Assembly (NCBI RefSeq): GCF_963921235.1 | Contig: NC_086120.1 | Location: 25,606,001-25,670,000, forward strand | Reading direction: 5' to 3' | DNA length: 64,000 bases | Source: Mobula hypostoma | Taxonomy: Eukaryota | Part shown: positions 46,036-64,000 of the stretch, piece after piece | Layout of the letters: every line of letters begins with the position of its first letter | Numbering within the stretch: the stretch's first letter is position 1 | Position numbers and translations under genes: made by a program | Notes under the pieces: model-generated | Told to the model about the DNA's origin: nothing | The model's database searches: none | The model's input: only the letters and a program-made list of their open reading frames with translations

Positions 46036-47165
46036 TCTTCTCCCCCCTCCCACTGGGCAGAAGATAAAAAAGCCTGGAAGCTCAAAGACAGCTTCTAACC
46101 GGTGTTATAAGACTATAGAATGGTCCCCAAGTACAATAAGATGCACTTCTAGCTTTACAATCTACCTTGCAGCATATTGTCCGCCAGCTCTGTAACACTT
46201 TATTTTGCTTTCGGTTATTGTTTCCCCTCAACGCACTGTAAAAATGAAATGATCTCTATGGATGGCATGCAAAACAAGATTTTTCACTGCGCATTGGTAC
46301 ATGTGGCAAGAATAAACCAGTTTACGAATTTAGGCAGTGCATGGGAATTTGTAGATACTGTACATTTTAAATTGCTCATCATGATGGGGTCTAAATCCTG
46401 GAACTCCACACTGGCCATACCTTCACAAGAAGGGCTTCAGTGGCTCAACCAGGTTAAGCATCACCATCACCTATTGAAGGACAGTAAATGCTGGCCCTGC
46501 CAGTGACACCTAGATCCTGAAAAATCAATAAATCAAAAATTAATGTCCTATTATTCAGTATCATTTACTCGTACTTCAGTATAAATGTTGCTGGGACACA
46601 ATCCTGCTACTAAAGCTCCTATATTAATGCTAAAAGAGGCAGTCTATCTACAGTATTGTGAAGCCTCATTATTAATACCGCAGCATTAATCTTCCAGTAC
46701 TAATTCCTCTGCATTAATATACCAGTTACAGGTGCACCTGTAAATCCCCCAGCATTAATGCCACAGTAATAATGACTCAGTAGAACTGTACTAAGAATCT
46801 CCTCAATACCAATGGCCCAGTATTAAAGTTGCAACAGCACAATATTGATTATAAAACCCATTAGTGCTCCAGTATTAAATATGTGGTATTAAACCCAGTA
46901 TTGATGCCCAAAGTGCGAGATGGTAATGTTCCGGTATCCAGGTCACAATAATAAAAGAGCCGTATTGTTGACTCTAACATTTCTGTATTGTTGCTCCATT
47001 ACATAACCCCCTAACTACCAACCTGCCCCAGTATTAATGCTGGCGGCACAAGTATTAATGCTCGCTCTGTCACTCCCCGGCTCTCCCTGACGTCAGCCTC
47101 CTGCCGCACTCCGCAGCCGCCGCGCCGGGCTCTGCTGCGGACTCGCCGTCACTCTGAGCCGAACA

Positions 47166-58688
<11,523 letters not shown>

Positions 58689-59463
58689 GTAGGAGAACAT
58701 CTCACTGACCCTGATGTTGTTGCGAGTCTGACCCCGGTCTGACAGCATTGTAACCACAATGCAGACAAATGCACACTGCCCGAGTGTCTCTGTAATGTGG
58801 GAGTACACACTTCCTCTAACTCACCTGATCTGGATTATTGTACTTCCAGCTCATCTGCTGCAAGTTATCCTGACACTTTGCCATCGTGTTTAGGATAGAT
58901 TAGAATTAATCTGGTTGGACCAAAATATCCCAAAATAGTTGTAAGTAATTCAATTATTGCTTTCCATGAATGAAGACCATTAATTGCTCATTGTCATTTA
59001 CCCAAAAATATATTTATTATTGTTGCATGCACCAAGATACAGGGAGAAGCTTGTCTTGCACACAGTTTATACAGATCAAATTGTTACACAGTGCATTGAG
59101 CTGGAATAAGGTAAAACAAAAACAATGCAGAATAAAGTGTAAAAACTACCAAGGACGTGTTGTGCAGTTAAATAATGCAGGTAAATGGTCTGGGAATCAA
59201 GGTAGAACCTGATTGGGCAGTGTGAAGTATATTGATCCCAGGGTTTGAAGGGAAGCAGGGGTTGTGCTAGAGATACTGTTTGCCCAGCTCCTTTGTTAGG
59301 AGTCCTGGGACAAGGTGCTCTGAAGTGGCACAGGGAGTAACACCAGCCTTTGGTTTTGTACGGTGATGGCAAACTGGACTCAGTCCAGCAGTGAGCCACC
59401 AACCCCCTGACCTCCACCAACCAAGTCTGCTTGCTGTATTAGCCCAGAGGCCTGGAGAAGCAG

Positions 59464-62400
59464 CATACCTGGGGGAAGCAACACTGGCCGTGCCTCCAGC
59501 ACAGAGTCCGGCCCTGTAGCTAAGAAGGATAGGGAACGGAAGAGGAGGGCAATAGTAATAGGGGACTCAATAGTTAGGGGGTCAGACAGACGATTCTGTG
59601 GACGAAGTCAGGAGACCCAGATGGTAGTTTGCCTCCCTGGTGCCAGGGTCCGGGATGTTTCTGATCACGTCCAAGATACCCTGAAGTGGGAGGGAGAGGA
59701 GCCAGAAGTCGTGGTACATATAGGTACCAATGACATAGGTTGGAAAAGGGGAGAGGTCCCGAAAGAAGAATATAGGGAGTTAGGAAGGGAGTTGAGAAAA
59801 AGGACAGCAAAGGTAGTAATCTCGGGATTTCTGCCTGTGCTACGTGACAGTGAGAGTAGGAATGCAATGAGATGTAGGATAAATGCGTGGCTGAGAGATT
59901 GGAGCAAGAGGCAGGGATTCATGTTTTTGGATCATTGGGACCACTATTGGCGCAGGCGTGACCTGTACAAAGGGGACGGGTTGCACTTGAATCCTAGGGG
60001 GACCAATATCCTGGCGGGGAGATTTACGAGGGCTACTGAGGTGACTTTAAACTAGAATGGTTGGGGGGAGGGAATCAAATTAAGGAGGCTAGGAGAGGGG
60101 AGGTTGATGTAGGGGAAAAGGAAGAAAAAGATAATGAAGTTGTTTGCTCAATTAAGGATAAACAGAGAGTGGGAGGTGGAGAGTTTCTTAAATGCATCTA
60201 TTTTAATGCTAGGAGCATTGTAAGAAAGATGGATGAGCTTAGAGCATAGATTGATACCTGGAAATATGATGTTGTAGCTATTAGTGAAACGTGGTTGCAG
60301 GAGGAGTGTGATTGGTAACTAAATATTCCAGGATTTCGTTGCTTCAGGTGTGATAGAATAGGAGGGGCAAGAGGGGGAGGTGTTGCATTGCTTGTCAGAG
60401 AAAATATAACAGCAGTGCTCTGGCGGGATAGATTAGAGGACTCGTCTAGGGAGGTTATTTGGGTGGAATTGAGGAATAGGAAAGGTGTTGTGACACTTAT
60501 AGGGGTGTATTATAGACCACCTAATGGGGAGCGAGAACTGGAGGAGCAAATTTGTAAGGAGATATCAGATATATGTAGTAAGCACAAAGTTGTGATTGTG
60601 GGAGATTTTATTTTTCCACACATAGACAGGGAAGCCCATTCTGTAAAAGGGCTGGATGGTTTGGAGTTTGTAAAATGTGTGCAGGATAGTTTTTTGCAGC
60701 AATACATAGAGGTGCCAACTAGAGAAGGGGCAGTGTTGGATCTCCTGTTAGGGAATGAGACAGGGCAGGTGACGGAGGTGTTTGTTGGGGAGCACTTCGG
60801 GTCCAGTGATCACAATACAATTAGTTTCAGTGTAATTATGGAGAAGGATAGGACTGGACCTAGGATTGAGATTTTTGATTGGAGAAAGGCTAACTTTGAG
60901 GAGATGCAAAAGGATTTAAAAGGAGTGGATTGGGAAAAATTTGTTTTAAGGGAAGGATGTAACAGAGAAATGGAGGTCATTTAAAGGTGAAATTTTGAGG
61001 GTTCAGAATCTTTATGTTCCTCTTAGGTTGAAAGGAAAGGTTAAAAGTTTGAGAGAGCCATGGTTTTCAAGAGATATTAGAAAGTTGGTTCAGAAAAAGA
61101 GAGGGATCTTCAATAAATATAGGCAGCTTGAAATTAATGAGGTACTCGAGGAATATAAAGAATGTAAAAAGAATCTTAAGAAAGAAATTAGAAAAGCTAA
61201 AAGAAGATACAAGGCTGCTTTGGCAAGTAAGGTGAAAATAAATCCAAAGGGTTTCTACAGTTATGTTAGTGGCAAAAGGATAGTGAGGGATTAAATTGGT
61301 TCCTTGGAGAATCAAAGTGGACAGCTATGTGCAGAGCCAAAAGAGATGGGGGAGATTTTGAAACAAGTAGGGTAGTTATGGAAAGTACGACAATTATAGA
61401 AGAGGAAGTACTGGCGCTTTTAGGGAATATAAAAGTGGATAAGTCTCTGGGTCTGGACAAGATATTCCCTAGGACCTTGAGGGAAGTTAGTATAGAAATA
61501 GCAGGGGCTCTGACAGAAGTATTTCAAATGTCATTAGAAACGGGAATGGTGCCGGGGGATTGGCGTATTGCTCATGTGGTTTCATTGTTTAAAAAGGGTT
61601 CTAAGAGTAAACCTGGCAATTATCGGCCTGTGAGTTTGACGTCAGTGGTGGGTAAATTTATGGAAAGTATTCTTAGAGATGGTATATATAATTATCCGGA
61701 TAGACAGGGTCTGATTAGGAACAGTCAACATGGATTTGTGCGTGGAAGGTCATGTTTGACAAATCTTATTGAATTTTTTGATGAGGTTACTAAGAAAGTT
61801 GACGAGGGTAAAATGGTGGATGTTGTCTATATGGACTTCAGTAAGGCCTTTGACAAGATTCCACACGGAAGGTTAGTTAGGAAGATTCAATCGTTAGGCA
61901 TTAATATGGAAGTAGTAAAATGGATTTGGCAGTGGCTAGATGGGAGACGCCAGAGAGTAATGGTGGATAACTGTGTGTCAGATTGGAGGATGGTGTGTAG
62001 TGGTGTGCCTCAGGGATCTGTACTGGGTCCAATGTTGTTTGTAATATATTAATGATCTGGATGATGGGTGGTAAATTGGATTAGTTAGTATGCAGATGAT
62101 ACCAAGATAGGTGGTGTTGTGGATGCTGAGGTAGGTTTTCAAAATTTGCAGAGAGATTTAGGACAGTTAGAAGAGTGGCTGAAAGATGGCAGATGGAGTT
62201 TAATGCAGAAAAATGTGAGGTGCTACATTTTGGTAGAACTAATCAAAATAGGACATACATGGTAAATGGTAGGGCATTAAAGAATGCTGTAGAACAGAGG
62301 GATCTGGGAATAATGGTGCATAGTTCCCTGAAGATGGAATCTCATGTGGATAGGGTGGTGAAGAAAGCTTTTGGTTTGCTGGCCTTTATTGATCAGAGCA

Positions 62401-63009
62401 TTGAGTACTGTGTAGGAGTTGGGATGTAATGTTGAATTTGTATAAGGCATTGGTAAGGCCAAATCTGGAGTATTGTGTACAGTTCTGGTCACCAAATTAT
62501 AGGAAAGATGTCAATAAAATTGAGAGAGTACAGAGGAGGTTTACTAAAATGTTGCCTGGGTTTCATCTCCTAAGTTACAGAGAAGGGTTGAACAAGTTAG
62601 GTCTTTATTCTTTGGAGCGTAGAAGGTTGAGGGGGGACTTGATAGAGGTGTTTAAAATTATGAGGGGGATTGATAGAGTTGACGTGGTTAGACTTTTTCC
62701 ATTGAGAGTGGGGAAGATTCAAACAAGAGGAAATGGGTTGAGAGTTAGAGGACAAAAGTTTAGGGTAACATGAGGGGGAACTTCTTTACTCAGAGAGTGG
62801 TAGCTGTGTGGAATGAGCTTCCAGCAGAAGTGGTTGAGGCAGGTTCTATGTTGTCATTTAAAGTTAAATTGGATAGATATATGGACAGGAAAGAAATGGA
62901 GGGTTATGGGCTGAGTGCAGGTCGGTGGGACTAGGATAGGGTAAGAGTTCGGCATGGACTAGAAGGGCCGAGATGGCCTGTTTCTGTGCTGTAATTGTTA
63001 TATGGTTAT
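59464..63009 (+). mobile_element. near full-length CR1 LINE pseudogene: ORF1 SGNH esterase and ORF2 APE endonuclease/RT
   Basis: ORF1 VIGDSIVRG...CLPGARV...VHIGTND...DGLHLN. ORF2 YFNARS, ISETW, YYRPP, GDF, LDL, SDHN, NYRPVSLTS, DFSKAFD, GVPQGSVLGP and YADD. Several stops, frameshifts and deletions. Possible TSD AAGCAG at 59458-59463 and 63010-63015. Confidence 0.95.
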
Positions 63010-63022
63010 AAGCAGTGGAGGT

Positions 63023-64000
63023 ATACAATAGACAATAGGTGCAGGAGTAGGCCATTCAGCCCTTTGAGCCAGCACTGCCATTCACTGTGATCATGGCTGA
63101 TCATCCACAATCAGTACCCTTTTCCTGCCTTCTCCCCATATCCCTTCACTCCGCTATCTTTAAGAGCTCTATCTAACTCTTTCTTGAAAGAATCCAGAGA
63201 ATTGGCCTCCACTGCCTTCTGAGGCAGAGCATTCCACAGAACCACAACCCTCTGTGTGAAAAAGTTTTTCCTCAACTCCGTTCTAAATGGCCTACCCCTT
63301 ATTCTTAAACTGTGGCCTCTGGTTCTGGACTCCCCCCAACATTGGGAACATGTTTCCTGCCTCTAGCGTGTCCAATCCCTTAATAATCTTATATGTTTCA
63401 ATCAGATCCCCTCTCATCCTTCTAAATTCCAGTGTATACAAGCCCAGTTGCTCCAATCTTTCAACATATGACAGTCCCACCATCCCGGGAATTAACCTCG
63501 TGAACCTACGCTGCACTCCCTCAATAGCTAGAATGTCCTTCCTCAAATTTGGAGACCAAAACTGTACACAATACTCCAGGTGTGGTCTCACCAGGGCCCT
63601 GTACAGCTGCAGAAGGACCTCTTTGCTCCTATAATCAACTCCCCTTGTTATGAAGGCCAACATTCCATTAGCTTTCTTCACTGCCTGCTGTACCTGCATG
63701 CTTACTTTCAGTGACTGATGAATAAGGACACCTAGATCTCGTTGTACTTCCCTTTTTCCTAACTTGACACCATTCAGATAGTAATCTACCTTCCTGTTCT
63801 TGCCACCAAAGTGGATAACCTCACATTTATCCACATTAAACTGCATCTGCCAAGTATCTGCCCACTCACCCAACCTGTCCAAGTCACCCTGCATTCTCAT
63901 AACATCCCCCTCACATTTCACACTGTCACCCAGCTTTGTGTCATCGGCAAATTTGCTAATGTTACTTTTAATCCCTTCATCTAAATCATTAATGTATATT
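63023..64000 (-). mobile_element. second CR1 LINE (RT C-terminus and 3'UTR), runs off the window
   Basis: FADDTK...MQFNVDKCEVIHFG...LYRALVRPHLEYCVQFWSP...RGDLIETYKI; (CTATTGT)n tail. Confidence 0.93.

Larger units (their letters stand above)
43790..47062. repeat. degenerate 14-bp-period array (AGTATTAATGCCCC-like) at about 43790-44400 and 46540-47062, split by a transposon block
   Basis: For example AGTATTAACGTTCT AGTATTAATGCTTG AGTAATATTGCCAC and AGCATTAATCTTCC AGTACTAATTCCTC TGCATTAATATACC. Confidence 0.7.

Noticed and set aside
59621-60055. Standalone SGNH/GDSL esterase gene
   Set aside because: It is CR1 ORF1, directly followed by the endonuclease-RT ORF2 remnant.

Overview
Vertebrate genomic DNA, not prokaryotic. 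The repeat content suggests a cartilaginous fish, probably a ray or skate (inference). Three spliced protein-coding genes can be assembled by hand with canonical GT-AG junctions and consistent exon phases. REX1BD/C19orf60 (+, 5 coding exons, 468-8104, 153 aa) and CRLF1 (-, 9 coding exons, 28494-11894, 399 aa, WSEWS motif) are complete. TMEM59L (+, from 47166) shows its first 6 exons and the rest lies beyond the window. Order and orientation match the human 19p13 block REX1BD>-<CRLF1 / TMEM59L>. Introns and intergenic DNA hold mostly decayed transposons: CR1, Rex1/Babar, RTE and Nimb/I-like LINEs, Penelope-like remnants, several SINE families, mariner and hAT MITEs, and a solo LTR, plus degenerate minisatellites. 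Most ORF-track entries are spurious or transposon fragments. The most interesting signals are (i) dispersed Penelope-derived repeats carrying degenerate type I hammerhead ribozyme cores, (ii) a candidate HDV/CPEB3-like ribozyme fold at the 5' end of a non-coding RTE-related element, (iii) modular SINEs that share heads or tails, (iv) a dual-frame CRLF1 terminal exon controlled by a 37-nt microexon, and (v) nested insertions dated by target-site duplications (TSDs). I found no convincing wholly new protein-coding system.
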